From Okamejei kenojei (lineage: Eukaryota), in the NCBI GenBank assembly GCA_035221665.1, contig CM069146.1, positions 46,686,001 through 46,750,000 on the forward strand: a stretch of 64,000 bases of DNA, in the 5' to 3' direction. The notes under the pieces are model-generated. The model searched no databases. It saw only the letters and a program-made list of their open reading frames with translations, and had not been told where the DNA came from. Below are positions 12,701-26,556 of the stretch, piece by piece. A program made the position numbers and the translations under genes. The stretch's first letter is position 1. Each line of letters starts with the position of its first letter.

Positions 12701-13505
12701 TATTTATATTTTACTATATTTTAAATCATACTGTCAGGTGAAAGTAAAGGTTACTGTACAATTATCTTTGTGCCTTTGTTATGATTGTAGTTTCTGAGTA
12801 AATTAAAAGAAGGGATTCAATGGCTAATAGACATTTTGAGGTGAATTTCACCCTGTCTCACAAGGTTGTTGGATGTTATGGATCATGGAAGTGTAGCACT
12901 TTATTGCCGCAGAGCACTATGATGTCTTTTTCCGTTGATAGTTAATGCATCTCCTGTTACAGTTTCATTGTTTTTTCATTTCTTATTCCCAGCATCTGTA
13001 CAGCTGCAGTTTTTTGTTGTTTTTTTTTCAATTTCACTCCTAAAGATATGTCTTGGACCTCTTTTTTCTCCCTCCATATGTCTCTGCAGAAGGTAGTAAT
13101 GGGGGTTCAAGGAGAAATGTCAGACCACACAGCTGATGATTAAGCTTTCTGGCATCCTTTTATATCACAATGTTCACATTAACCCTTTCACTTTCTATTT
13201 CCATTGTGAAACACTTCTTGGCCTTTTACTACATATGTGTAAGTTAGTATTCTTGTCCTGCCATTATTTCTGCCGAGATGTTGCTAATTCTATGTTCTAT
13301 GCCTTCTATGCTGTTGTTGCTTCTTCCCCTCACCAGCTGACTCAGGGTAAACATTTCCATCTGCAATTATGATGCAAGGGGCAGAGGTTTAATTATCCAA
13401 TGGTGCAGAATAATTTGCAATGTACTTTGTTAGTCATCAAGGTTTCGCAGTGTTTGCATATCTTCAGAAAATGTGCTTGTTATCCTTTAGTTTTGTATAT
13501 GTGGT

Positions 13506-13649
13506 CTGGGCAGTGGGCAGGTGCTACAGACCTGCACGGGAAGGTAGACGCTCCCACCCACATGAGTCTCGGGCAGATGGGGCTCGTCAGCATGGGAAGG
13601 CTGTCCATCTAGGAGCGGGTCAGTCATGACCGAGGGAGGGCCTACTAGG
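13506..13649 (+). mobile_element. Short RTE-derived bipartite element with 9-bp TSD
   Basis: atatgtggt at 13497-13505 and 13650-13658. The 5' 60 nt and the 3' ggtcagtcatgaccgag...cctacta match the element at 4503-4864. Confidence 0.75.
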
Positions 13650-14014
13650 ATATGTGGTACAGAAGCAAAATCATTATGCTATAGACCTGTCAATGTGCGT
13701 TACTAAAAACCACCATGGTGAAGGTCCCACCTCCAAACTAACCCAGACAGTGCGTGTGGTTACAGTGTCTGATGGAGGCTCTGAATGTCAGATTGAGTGG
13801 CACATCTGTATGCCTTCATCTTCACCATGTTGTTGTTGCTTACATGCTATCAGGATGGGTCCCACTATGTGGGCAGCTGAAAGGAGAAAGACACAAAGGC
13901 AGGTGGAAGTGACGGCAGAGAGGAAATTAAATGTACTATTTTACACCATCTGTAGACATGTTGTCATGTAGGTTTTCTTGTGTTTCATATTTCCCAATGA
14001 CCCCCCTTGATTTC

Positions 14015-14312
14015 AGTTTAGAGTTTAGTTTAGAGATGCAATGTGGAAACAGGCCCTTCAGCCCACCAAGTCTGCACTGCCCAACAATCGCCCATATACT
14101 AGTTCTATCCTACACTCTAGGGTCAATGTACAGAAGCTAATTAACCTACAAAGCTGCACATCTTTGGAGTGTGGGAGAAAACCGGAGCACACGGGAAAAA
14201 CCCACACGGTCACAGGGAGAACGTACAAACTCTGTGCAGACAGCATCCGTAGTTAGGATCAAACCCGGATCTCGGGCGCTGTAAGGCAGCAACTCTACCG
14301 CTGCGCCACTGT
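14015..14312 (-). mobile_element. HE1-like V-SINE
   Basis: Complete SINE on the minus strand. Confidence 0.85.
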
Positions 14313-14687
14313 GATACCTTCTGACTTAGATCCTGACCTTTGGGGCAATACCATGCCACCACTTATTTTCCCTCTGACCTCATCATCCGCTCATTCCCAC
14401 GTTAGAATCTTCTACCAGCCAGCTGAACTAAGGGTGGTTTACAGTGGCCAATTGTTGGCCAGTGTGGGCAAGATGGGCCGAAGGGCCTGCTTTCATGCTG
14501 TATGACACTGATCGTGCACTGTTTGGCTGAAGTGAATGGATTCTTGCCACATGTGCTTGCTGTGCAATGGAATAGTGCGCTTCTCTATTAAGAGGTGCAA
14601 GCTAACTTAAAGCAAGTTAGTGCACGCCAATTGGAAGGGTTGCCAGCCAGTCATGCTGAAGCAATCAATGTCACATATGCAGAGTAC

Positions 14688-14962
14688 CAGTGGGACAGCA
14701 GTAGAGTTGCTGCCTTCCAGTGCCAGAGACCCGGGTGGTGTCTATACGGAGTTTGCATGTTCTCCCCGTGACCGCGTGGATTTTACCCGGGTGTTCCGGT
14801 TTCCTCCCACACTCCAAAGCCATACAGTTTGTAGAAATTGTGGCTTCGTGGCTTTGATCGTGGCTTTGGTAAAAATTGTGAATTGCCCTTAGGATAGTGT
14901 TAGTGTTCGAGGTGATCGATGGTCAGCGCAAATGTTTCCACGTAGTACCTCAAAACTAAACC
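14688..14962 (+). mobile_element. HE1-like V-SINE (internally deleted)
   Basis: gtagagttgctgcc head; ccggtttcctcccacactccaaag core. Confidence 0.8.
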
Positions 14963-16719
14963 TTAAAATGAACAAACTGTGGAGATTTTGTGTGCTGACC
15001 CCCTGTTAAATGGGCGCAGGTTAGTCACGTAATGTTTTATTTTAAACTTTTGCCCTCCTTTTGATCATACACTAAAGCAACTCCATCTGACCTATCAGCT
15101 ATTGAACACCATGAGCAAGAGTTCTCTCTGGATAGAGGTATCCCTCAACCTGTAACTTAATTCAATTGATCTTAGAAACGTCCAGCGGTCATAAAAATGG
15201 CAACATGAAGGGTGTATTTCTTTCAATTTATTTTTTCCCTACCACTGCTGAGGAACAATAGGTATTCCAAGAGAAAGATTCCAGTGGGCAGTTTCCCTTG
15301 GTGTTTTACTGGAGTTATGATGAAATAGAATCCCTGAGGAAATTAGGTGTCATAATTAATACTGGTTAGATGTTAAATTAAAATTATGACAGCAATTTTG
15401 AAATGTAAAATTGAATGAAAGTTGGATTGGCAATCGTTAGCAGTGGGACATGCCTCAAGTTATAATGCTGTCTTTGTTACTGTGGTGAATTCATTAAGAG
15501 CATTTAACATATGGTTTCATGCATGTCAGAAATACATGGATAAATGTATTTCTTGTTTGAATTGATGCATGTTTGGATGAAACCTTTTGCCTGTGCTTGA
15601 ACAACTGAATTATAAAAATACAGAACAACATTTTATTTTGTTAGAGCTGCTTCGTTGGGGAACTTTGGTTCTTGGTTTACATATTAGCAGCTTCTGTATA
15701 GTTTCCTTAAAGTTAAGCTGTCCATTCCCAAGAAGGTGACTGATAATGTTTAACATCTAACCTTGCATTGGACAAATGAACTTTAGTGGCTGCAAATCTA
15801 GCTACTCATAAATGATATATTTTGCAGTAGTTCAGCACCAAACAAACTATATTTGTAAGCTGTTTATCAAAAGCCTTTTGCAGGTAAAACTCTTCCCACC
15901 TCAGATAAATGATTAAGTGTTCTTGGAAGAAAATAAATAAACCCACAGACTACATGTTTCGGGTTTTGGAGAAGAGCCAAATAGCATGAAACTTCTAACT
16001 CTTCATTTTGCTGTTAGATTCTCACCTCTGGAGCGGCTGTGATGTTGGTATTTATACCATGTCAGTTTGCACAGGGTCCATTCTTCATCTTTGACCTATG
16101 ATACATTTTCGATCATACAAATAATACATCATCTGTCTGCTACTACAACAGGGCCAGGTACCAGTATTGCAGTGCTGCGTTTATCACCAATTCTCCGCAG
16201 AGTAACTAGATGAATAAGTACTAATTTAAGTAAGACCAATGTTGCGGTACTTTACGATAAAATGTGCAGCACCGAATTGCAGTTTGAAGTAACAATCTCT
16301 GGCAAACATTTCTGTCATTCTCATTTTGTTTTGAAGTTTGAGATCATACTCAAATCTGTTTTGGCCACTTGAAAGATAAAATAACTTCACAAGAAGGATG
16401 TGCGTAAATGAGCAAACTACGCGTTAAAGTAGAACATGATCATATTCCAGCCTAGGTGCCTTCCCAATCCCATCACTAACTGAGAGTCGAGGGGCAGTGT
16501 TTTGATTGAACTGGCTGTAACACCATGTTAAGTTCAAATGTTGCCCTTTAACACTTATATACTTAAACTGCAATCAGTTCAACATTTGTTTAACCATCGC
16601 ACATAAGTAAATCTTGAATAACCCTGCATTCTAAAGCTAATGTCGCCTAGAAATTAATCAGAGAGCTTGGATTTTTCCAATGCTATGCAATCCAATTTAG
16701 ACTTTGTCACCTATCGATT

Positions 16720-16912
16720 TCTGGCTAAAATTCAGCGAGGGTGGAGCCCATAATGGCCCATTGTTGGCTGGGGAAGGTATGATAACAAAGAGGGATACAA
16801 TAAAGTGGAACTGGCAGGGTGATTAGGGTGGGGAGGAGAGGAGGGAATGCTGGAGTTACTTCGAATTACAGAAATCAACGTGAGTTGTAAGCTGCTCAAG
16901 CAAAATATGATA
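16720..16912 (-). mobile_element. Penelope-like element 3' remnant (end of GIY-YIG ORF plus 3' UTR)
   Basis: Minus strand tcatattttgcttgagcagcttacaac...gatttctgtaattcgaagtaa encodes IFCLSSLQ..DFCNSK*, similar to the PLE C-terminus LIFRLGSLQP..NIDFSNFK*. Confidence 0.55.
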
Positions 16913-18935
16913 GGCTTTCCTTTTTAAAATTTCTCCTAGCTTTTAAGAATTACAAAAAGATTCCCTCTCTTACACATCTTATCTTCCCCTCTTAACGGTT
17001 TGAAAGCTAATATCGGTTGTTTCCCTTCAAAATTCCAGAAATATAATCGTAGTTTGTGGAGGAATGTAATCCAGGGAATCTAGATATTGTTCTGGCAATT
17101 CTAAACTGCACACATGCCTGAGCTGTTGCATCCAGGATTGTACTCTGCGTGTGGTCTAATTGGGACTATGTAAAGGTGTAGCACAATTTATATTCCTTTT
17201 CGTGTTGCCTTTCTTGGTTTTATTTATTTTTTGTTCTGCACCTCCCATTACATTTTCAATGGTGCAATGGTGCTTTATTATCACACGTGCAAAACACAGT
17301 GAAGTTATTTCTGAGCCGCCAGGTTTGGCGCCATTTCTAAACTCCGGTCCACGTGCTAGGTGTTATGGAGCAGCACCCGATCCAGGCGAGCCCCAGGCTG
17401 CAGCAGGGCCTCCAGCCATTGCCTTTGTCTGCATTGTTCCTCTCCTTGCCCAGTCACCTAATAATCTATAATCTAATTAATAACCTAACTCCAAATAATC
17501 TATGAACTCTTATATCTTTTTGGCTCATTCAATGTTTCTAACCTTTCTTTTAATACGAAATCCCATTTATTTTTAGATTTAAAACATCTATGTTCCTTGG
17601 ACGTTTTAACACTTTAACATTTAGGCAACAGTTCAGATTTAAACATTGCTAATTGAAGTGGTCAGATGCCTCTGTTTAACTTTCCTTTAATCATCGCACA
17701 TAGGGTGCTGTTGGGTCAGTCCAGGAATACCAACTTGTGTACGTCAATGTGAAATTCACAGCTGGTGAATTGCTACAAAGAGAGGAGGTAATAGTATGGA
17801 CGCATGCTATTAAGCTAGCACTGAATTGAAACTGTGCTGTGCAGCATTGCAACAAATTGGTCATGGATTTTAAGAAATAGCTTCAAATGCATTGAGTTCT
17901 CAATTTCAATCTTTCCTCTGCAAAAGAGTCAGGATTGGCTAGGTTTATGTTCATAAAATAAATCAACAATCAGAGAGACAATTTTCATTGCCTCAGACAA
18001 AATTAACAGCAGATCATCAAGTGTCATTGGTTGGGGCGAGGGACGAATTCATGTACTTCACCAGAAGAAATACTCAGCTTGTTGATACTCCATAAAAAGA
18101 AAGGTGAATAATAACCACTAAATTCTGCTATGATTATCTGTGGACTGGAGTGATGTCGTTTCAGATGAAGGCTTGAATCTATCTTTGAAGGGGACCAGCT
18201 GAATGTAATGTTTGAATGTAAAAGTAACATTTTCGGGGCCTTTTAAGTTTTGCAGAATATGCTCTTTTAAACCAGAGCCTCTCTGCAAGGTGCTTCAAGT
18301 ATAATTGTGAAGTATCTTAATAATGAGAATCCTGATGACATTGTAATGCAGAACGGGGGACGCGGTTTATGACTCAGTTGTTCAGAGATAGCATCTGACT
18401 GTTCACCACAGGACCTGGATCAATTGTGCCTTGTGTAGTGCAGTCAAATCCTCCTTTCTGCCCAGTTATAACTAGAAGATGAGCAATATAGGTAAATGAA
18501 CATAATACTAAATCACAAACAGAGTTTATTTTGGGAGTATTGCTAGCTTTTAGTTCCTGCTTTTAGTTCACTGCTTTTCTCATGGTTTCACTTCGCTCCC
18601 CTCTGTCACGTTTCTTCGGCATGAAGACAAGCTGATAGATTTACGACTTCTTAATTGCTTTTCTTTAAGTTTACATCCACTAAAAGGTGTATTAAGCTCT
18701 TCTGAACTTCCCCTCACATTTCCCATGTAGAGATTAGGAGGCGAAGGTCAGCCATGATTGAATGGCGGAGTAGACTCGATGGGCCGAATGGCCTAATTCT
18801 ACTCCTATAACTTGTGACCATTTCCCATGTAGGAATAGTTCAACCAGTGACCATCAAAGATGGACAAAATTTCCCCAAATTGTAGTAGATTAGCAGAGTT
18901 GCTAATGTTTACTAATATCTGAACAAGCTATCAGA

Positions 18936-19230
18936 TTTAGACTTTAGAGAAACAGGCCCCTCGGCCCACTGAGTCTGCGCCAACCAATGATTAGCCCATA
19001 CACTCTCACTATCTTACTCACTGGAGACAATATACAATTTAACTGAAGCCAATTACCCTACAAACCTGCAAGTTGTTGGAGGGTGGGAGCAAACCGGAGC
19101 ACCCGGAGAATCTCACGCAGTCACAGGGAGAACGTGTAAGCTCCGTACAGACAGCATCTGTGGTCAGGATCGAACCCGGGTCTCTGCCGCCGTAAGGCAG
19201 GAACTCCACCGCTGCGCCACCGTGCCGCCC
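18936..19230 (-). mobile_element. HE1-like V-SINE
   Basis: Complete SINE on the minus strand. Confidence 0.85.
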
Positions 19231-19756
19231 TAGATCACAATTCCTTCAGTACAGCATTGTCATTTGTTGCTGGTAAAAAAATCAAATGTAAACATTTAAA
19301 ATATGGTAGCCATTCCACAGGAACTATAATTTGCCAGTTCTTTGTACTCTGCCTCTCAAATTAATTCTGTTGAAGTCAATGGAATGAACCTTGGAAGCAG
19401 ACTGCACTCATTTGCCACCATTGACCAGGGATGGATTTCTTGGCAATTGCATTTTTATTCCTTTCTGAATTCAGAGTAACCCTAAATAGTGTGCAATCTT
19501 AGCTGTGTGTACGGTTACTTTTTAACAGTGAATATTTGTTTCCCGGTTTTATTGCTTTTACAGTAAATATTACCACATACTAAAGAAATGACTGGTTTAA
19601 CATTAACAATGAGCAAAAGGCTGCAGTGAAGCTTGATGGTTAACGATATGGATGTGTTTGCTTCATTAAGTACTTACCAACATTCAAAGTTTGTTTCTTC
19701 TAGACCATATCTATGTGAGGATTGTAATGTAATAACAATCTTTTCTCCCTTTGCAA

Positions 19757-19850
19757 GTCTGAAGAAGGGTTTCAGCCCGAAACGTTGCCTATTTCCTTCG
19801 CTCCATAGATGCTGCCGCACCAGCTGAGTTTCTCCAGCACTTTTGTCCAC
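19757..19850 (+). mobile_element. 94-bp Penelope-derived insertion starting with a minimal hammerhead core; 12-bp TSD
   Basis: ctccctttgcaa at 19745-19756 and 19851-19862; CTGAAGA-AGGGTTTCAGCCC-GAAACGTT at 19759-19786. Confidence 0.8.
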
Positions 19851-20261
19851 CTCCCTTTGCAATATTTGTAAATGTCAATGTTTTACATTTCTGATCTTAA
19901 TGTACTGATTTAATAAGCATAATTTAAATTGCTGAGAGTTGTCGACTTACTACTATTTTGTTTCTGAAAACCACTGCCACTGCACGTTGAACTATGCAAT
20001 TGTTGTGATGCATGAACCCTTTTATAATGCTTTTTCATATACCTCATTGTAAATATAATATACCTCTGTGGGAATCTGTATAAACATTTACCACACAGCT
20101 GCAGCAGGATCTTGGGTAGAACAAATTTTAACATCGTCCACTTTTTTAATGCTCCTTTCCTACAATATTTATGGCTTGCATGTTATAGCCTTCCTTGGAG
20201 TCTTTATTTTTTATTGTTTGCACTATTGTTGGTTATATATGTATGTGTGTTTTATTTGCAG

Positions 20262-20366
20262 CCTATCCCATGAAGACCAAGGGTGCAACCATCCCTTATT
20301 TGGCCACGGTGTGTGTAAATGGCCAGGGTGCGAAACAGTCTGTGATGAGTTTGGACAGTTTTTAAA
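20262..20366 (+). CDS. FOXP1: FOXP1 coding exon, N-terminal half of C2H2 zinc finger ([35 protein letters not shown])
   Basis: ttgcag acceptor ending 20261, gtaagt donor at 20367. 105 bp. [11 protein letters not shown] is the FoxP zinc-finger signature. Confidence 0.96.
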
Positions 20367-20762
20367 GTAAGTTTCTAAAGTTTTTTTTGAAATTCACATT
20401 TAACTGACTCGGGAATCAAGCGGATTCATAATTTTGCTCAAGTCGGATGCCTTCTATAATGTTTAGAATTGTTGTACACTGGCTCGTTAAATGGCAGAAT
20501 GGCTGTGTGGGATTTGTGATTAGACTTAGGCTAGTAACAGTAGTTTGGCAGGGTTGAGGATAAGTTGGGGTGGGAGGTGTGAGAGAAACTAAAATGATGC
20601 AAAGCTATGCTGTGCAGTTACTTTATGCATCTAGACTGATGTGCGCCTACCTCAGTTACCAATCTGAACATGTCTACAATTGCATAATTGTCGGTAATGC
20701 TATCATAAGAGTAGAATTTGAAAAATCTCTCTAAACAGTATGCATTTTGAAGGATGCCATAA

Positions 20763-21045
20763 GGGTGGCACAGTGGTAGAGTTGCTACCTTACAGCGCCA
20801 GAGACCCGGGTTCAATTCTGACTACAAGTGCTGTCTGTACGGAATTTGTACGTGACCACGTGGGCTTTCTCCAGGTGCTCTGGTTTCCTCCCACACCCCA
20901 AAGACATGCAGGTTTGTAGGTTCATTGGCTTCGGTAGAAAATTTGTAAATTGTCCCTACTGTGTAGGTTAGTGCTAGTGCATGGGGTGATAGCTGGTTGG
21001 TGCGGTCTAGGTGGGCCGAAGGGCCTGTTTCTGCACTGCATCTCA
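20763..21045 (+). mobile_element. HE1-like V-SINE
   Basis: Head, core and tail present. Confidence 0.85.
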
Positions 21046-23049
21046 GAAGATTGAAAGATTTTTAAAGTTAGCTGCAATACTAGTTCATAAACCTCTGGTT
21101 ATTAATTAACTGTCAAGCATAATTGGCCAACTGTTGTTCCAGTTAGTGTTAATCAATATAGTGGCAGTAGGTACTCGTATCCTGTGAGATAATCAGCATT
21201 GTTTGCAAACCACTTCTTCATAGGAATTCAACTACGAACAGCAACAGATCAATTCGGAAGAAAAGCTTAATAGCGGTTCACATGTTAAATCAGTTTTTTA
21301 ACGACATCACTGCGCGAGCATGTCATATAACCTAACTATTGAATGAGCACAACATTGCTGCTGTTTAAGCACTTTATATAATGGGCTTTGTCAGTGACGA
21401 AAAATGTTCAATGCAGTTAAATAATAAGGCTGCCTTGAGTTTAGTAATCGTGAGCCTGATTTAATAATTGTCACGTTATTGCACAAAAGAAAATCTACTA
21501 AAGTAATCAGACCACTGTCACATTTTGGAACTGAAAGTTTCAGTACTCAAATGGCTAAGAGATTCGGTAATTTTTTCAGACAGTGATACAATCCCATCTG
21601 TTTTTAATACTGTAGTATACAAACAGCTTTGGAGAATGGAATGTAGCACTTAAAAACAAATTACTAACACTTGACTGTTGTATTTTAATATCAGCTTCCT
21701 TTAATAAAATTTCACATAAAATAGCCCAAGCTATGATTAAACATGTAGAAAATGAAAGAAAGACATATTATGAGTGCATTTTTTTAAACTTGTTTTTATT
21801 AGCTCACCGTGGTGTCGTTCAGTTGTTTGTCTAGACTATTCAAATTTAACAAAGCATTTAAATAAACCTTGAATCACAAAGAAACTGTTATTTAAAGTGG
21901 TCCATGGGTTTTGAGAATTCGCTGCGTGTGCATGCAAAACATTTCCATGTAGATTTGCAATGTTGGTGCTTTGTAATTTTAAGAAGCATGCATTAAACAA
22001 CAGCGCACATGGCGAGGCAAATCTGCAACAACTTATGAACTTATTCACTGAGATTTCACATTCTTCAAAAAGTTTTGAAGGGACAGTTATACAAATCTTA
22101 TCTGCATTGAACCTTTTGATTTTTCCCGAAAGTTTGATCTTTGCGCATTAGCTGTCTGGTTGCTGCACGTCCATTGATATTAGTTGATAGTTTTATGTCG
22201 AGAACCAATTTTAGCATTTATTATTTTTGGTGATCCAGCTGGTTGTATTTAACAGCTTGTTGGTCCTATTAAAACCTTTGATCAGGTGGTCTAAGAGGGT
22301 CAACGTGACCTCAATGCCACAGTGCCCTCTAGTGATACTAGATCTGGAACAATCATTAATTTACTTTTCCAATTGAGGAGCAACGATCCTTATTAATATT
22401 TTGATCATCCCCTTTGTTAAAACTAAATATGAATCTTAAAAGTTAAAAGAGGAAAAGGTTGATGTTGCATCTCTTTGGGGAAAATGGAAAATATTGAAGG
22501 AAAATTAGCAAAATGGGCCCACATCTCCTCGTTGTCGATATTGGCATCCACGGTATTTTAAAAGTTTTTACCTTGCATAAAAATAGATAAACTATATGTA
22601 AACGATGCATTAATTTGGGATAATTAAATCATTATAAAATTTAGTTTTATTTCTTTAAATCCTATATTAAAATTCAAAAGAACAGATAGGTACTTTCAAG
22701 TGAAATTTTAAGAAATCAGTGAAACACAAGAATATGAAAGACGGAAGGAAGACATGTTCTCTTCTGAAGCAGACCCAGATTAAAAGATAAAATGAATTTG
22801 TTCTCATATTCCTTTCACTATATCCCAAAGTGCTTTATTGGATAAAAGAATTTCTGAAGTATAGTCATGTTGTACACTGTTACATAGCAAGTCCCTACAA
22901 ATGCAATGCAATAATGACCAGTAATGTTTATTGAAGAATAAATACTAGGCAGAAGACCAAGGAAAACGATCCTGCTCTTTCATTTAAGGCCATTAGATCT
23001 TTTACACTCAGCCAAGTGGGCAGACAAGCCTTTATTTTGACACCTGTCC

Positions 23050-23425
23050 AAATGAAATTAAAACATACAGAATAGTGAAAGGCTTGGATAGAGTGGATGT
23101 GGAGAGGATGTTTCTACTAGTGGGAGAGTCTAGGACCGGAGGTCATAGCCTCAGAATTAAAGGACGTTCTTTTAGGAAGGAGATGAGGAGAAATTTCTGT
23201 AGTCGGAGGGTGGTGAATCTGTGGCATTCTTTGCCACGGAAGGCTGTGGAGGCTGTCAGTGGATATTTTTAAAGCAGAGATAGATTCTTGATTAGTTCAG
23301 GTGTCAGAGGTATGGGGAGATAGCAGGAGAATGGGGTGAGGAGGGAGAGATAGATCAACCATGATTGAATGGCGGAATAGACTTGATGGGCCGAATGTCC
23401 TATTTCTACTCCTATCACTTATGAC
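23050..23425 (+). mobile_element. CR1/HER1 LINE 3' fragment
   Basis: KGLDRVDVERMF.LVGESRT.GHSLRIKGRSFRKEMRRNF..RVVNLW, the CR1 ORF2 C-terminus, plus the gccatgattgaatggcgg-type 3' UTR. Confidence 0.9.
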
Positions 23426-25600
23426 ATTCTTCACAGTGTTGCATTCCCTCTGTGTTGCCCTCTGGGATATCAGTGTGGATTCTTGGACTTTGGTCTTTCC
23501 AACTTACAAACCTGTGTCTCAGAGGCAGGAGAGCTTACAAATCAAGTTAATACTAAAATTGTAAACTCAACAGGTAACTTTTCATGCAGCCATTTTGCCG
23601 TTAGCAGTATGGGATGTAGGTAAAAGTATTTTCATTTGAGGGTGTGTCGCCTTTGTGGTCGGATGAGGGAATTAGAAAAATGTTGACAAATCGTGCCAGG
23701 GTAATGAGTCCACAAACTCAAACGAGCCAGGTTTCTTCAGGTTCACAAAAGTCTAAAGACATTTGGAAATTGCAACAAGTTGAAATCTCTGGTGGACATA
23801 GTTAGAAAATTATTTGAGTTGCAGCCTATATTTGGAGGATGGTGAATATATTTGATTTTCAATACTAATTTTAAGTGTTCATACCTTTAAAGAAAATATG
23901 TAGGTGAATTATTCCATTTGTTATTTTACCAATAATTGATTCCTTTTTTATTTCTCTTTTCTTTATATTTTTTAGTAGTTAATATCATTTAATGTACTAC
24001 AGTGCCCTTTCAGATGCCTTTTTTTTAATCAGTACAATATTTTCAAAAGACGATTTTGTGGTAGATTTATTTAATATCAAAATTATTAATCCGTTTATAA
24101 GCATTTTACAAAGAACAAAGATTACAAAGCATCATAATTCCCTTGGTAATGGGTCTAGCATAGGGCAATTTCAGTCAAAGAAACATTTTCTGAAGGAAGG
24201 AGATCACAACTGCGGTAGACATAAGATTCTGCTGGGATTTTATCAACATAGTGTGTTTCATACTGAAATTGCAAAATGTGCCAATAATGTATATTTTGCA
24301 ATTTCGGCACGAAACAAGTTATTGGTGAGTTATTGGTTTTGTTGTGTAGATTCTGAAATTTAACAGTCAAACCGACTGTATGTAAAAACTGGTCAGAAGC
24401 CTTACCTCTTTACCACATTTGAGTCATATATAAAGTGCTTTAAATTACACAATGAACCTGCCACCTAGTTCTTCACAGCCACAAGTTTGCATATCTATCA
24501 GATGCGTAGCTGGAATTTTTAAACTGGTTTTCTAAAGAACAGCAGATTTTAAAGTATCTAAAATTACCTGTTCAGTTAAAATGGAAGCTGGAATGTGAAC
24601 AGAAGGGGTATAAAGGATCACACACGGTCAGTAGTTTAAAATTGGTAACATCGGAAAAATGGTTTCTGGCTTTTAATATCACCGATAACAATTATTTTAC
24701 TGTGAATGTTGATGTGAATAATCAACACTCAACGCCCAAATCTAATACATGGTCATTAAACCTGCATCTTATACATTTCACCCTCCACAAATAAACATAA
24801 AATCACTTTTTACCCCAAAACACTTGTATCAGTTTCCTTCCAAATTCTAATTGCAAATAGTCATGGACCACCTCTTACTTTGTTAACAACAATGCCATAA
24901 ATGTTATTACTTATTTGCAGATATTAGCTGATTAGGAAATATTCGCTAACTAACGTGCTCCTTCTAGTCACAGGCCATGGAAAGAGAAAACATTTCTCGA
25001 TATTTGTTAGTATTTAAATCTGTTTTTGGTTGAAATGTGAGGAAATACTTGGGAGATAATGAAAAACTGGCTGCGTGTGTAAAATAAAAATAGTCCCTCT
25101 TTGTCCCAAAAAGGGGTCTTTATTTTTTTTTTGTGTAGCAATTTGCATTAACAACTGACATTTCACGAGAAAGCCTTTGCATACACTTCATCCAAGGTCT
25201 AAAAAGTGACACATGCCAACATTCATAGTCTCTCTTTATGTCAATTCCACACTTTTATAGCCTTTTTATTTAAACCACATTTCACTGAGTTGCATTAGAG
25301 CATATTTGAATATTTCATTTCCTATTAATTATGCACTTTGACCCACGCTGTCATTATGCGATGAGAGTGACCCATCTATCGTAACGTAGTCCACAAAAGC
25401 ATTATTGAGCATTCTCGGTTATGGGAGTAAAACCCTGAACGGAACTGAACGATACTAAAACTGTGGCCAGGTGTGGTCTATCTACTGCTGTGACGTGTAG
25501 TAAATGACAGAAATGAATTTCAGAAAACAAGCACGATCGACATTTTGCTAAACTGCCGAGCTGAGCATGAAGGCATGCTTAGTGATAGTGACCTACATGG

Positions 25601-25827
25601 NNNNNNNNNNNNNNNNNNNNNNNNNNNNNNNNNNNNNNNNNNNNNNNNNNNNNNNNNNNNNNNNNNNNNNNNNNNNNNNNNNNNNNNNNNNNNNNNNNNN
25701 NNNNNNNNNNNNNNNNNNNNNNNNNNNNNNNNNNNNNNNNNNNNNNNNNNNNNNNNNNNNNNNNNNNNNNNNNNNNNNNNNNNNNNNNNNNNNNNNNNNN
25801 NNNNNNNNNNNNNNNNNNNNNNNNNNN
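25601..25827. other. Assembly gap (N run)
   Basis: Run of n. Confidence 0.99.
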
Positions 25828-26468
25828 CTAGACCATTTTATATAAATCATGAAATATGCTGTCTGCTGGCAAGGTACTTATTTAGATTAGTTATAAACGT
25901 GCAGAAAAAGGGAACATCTTTGCAGTATAAAATAATCATGCATAATTATATTCATAATTCAAGCTTGTGACAGATTCCATCTTTCTTATTCTTGTTGTCC
26001 CTTGCCTTCATTCTGGCTTCATTTGATTTTCTGTTATCTTGATGACATAATTAACTGTTAAAGCTCAGAAAATAAGGAGCCCTTCGTGAAGAAAAAGGTT
26101 GGTTGCTTTTTAATGGCACCAAAAGCTTTATGTGCTATGCATATTCAGTCATACATTTCTGAAAGTAAAATCATTTCTTGTCATTCTGGTGAATTACAAA
26201 AACAGTACTTTCACAGGAAGATGCGATTTTACCTTTTCACTTTAAAACGTTGATTTCATCTCATTTTTGTGTCAGGATTGAGGGTTTTTTTTGGAAACCG
26301 TAATGGACATTGTCACTACTTCTGAAATTTTGAATGTCATTTGAAATCTAAGTGTTAAATCTATGCATCTAGGTGTTGGTTTTAGAGGGGGGCCCCCAAA
26401 CAATAGTTTTTTTTTCTATTTTTAAAGAAATACATAATCTAAAGAATTCAGTTTTCATTTCTTCTCAG

Positions 26469-26556
26469 ACATCTCAACAATGAGCATGCACTGGACGATA
26501 GAAGTACAGCACAGTGTCGAGTACAGATGCAGGTTGTACAACAGCTGGAACTGCAG
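26469..26556 (+). CDS. FOXP1: FOXP1 coding exon, zinc finger end and leucine zipper ([29 protein letters not shown])
   Basis: ctcag acceptor ending 26468, gtaagt donor at 26557. 88 bp. Not in the ORF track; translated by hand. Confidence 0.97.

Noticed and set aside
13506-13615. Possible HDV-like ribozyme at the 5' end of the RTE-derived element
   Set aside because: Hairpins are present but I could not assign P1-P4, L3 and a catalytic C in the proper order.
25545-25970. ORFs spanning N runs (also 48687-49142)
   Set aside because: Artefacts of assembly gaps.
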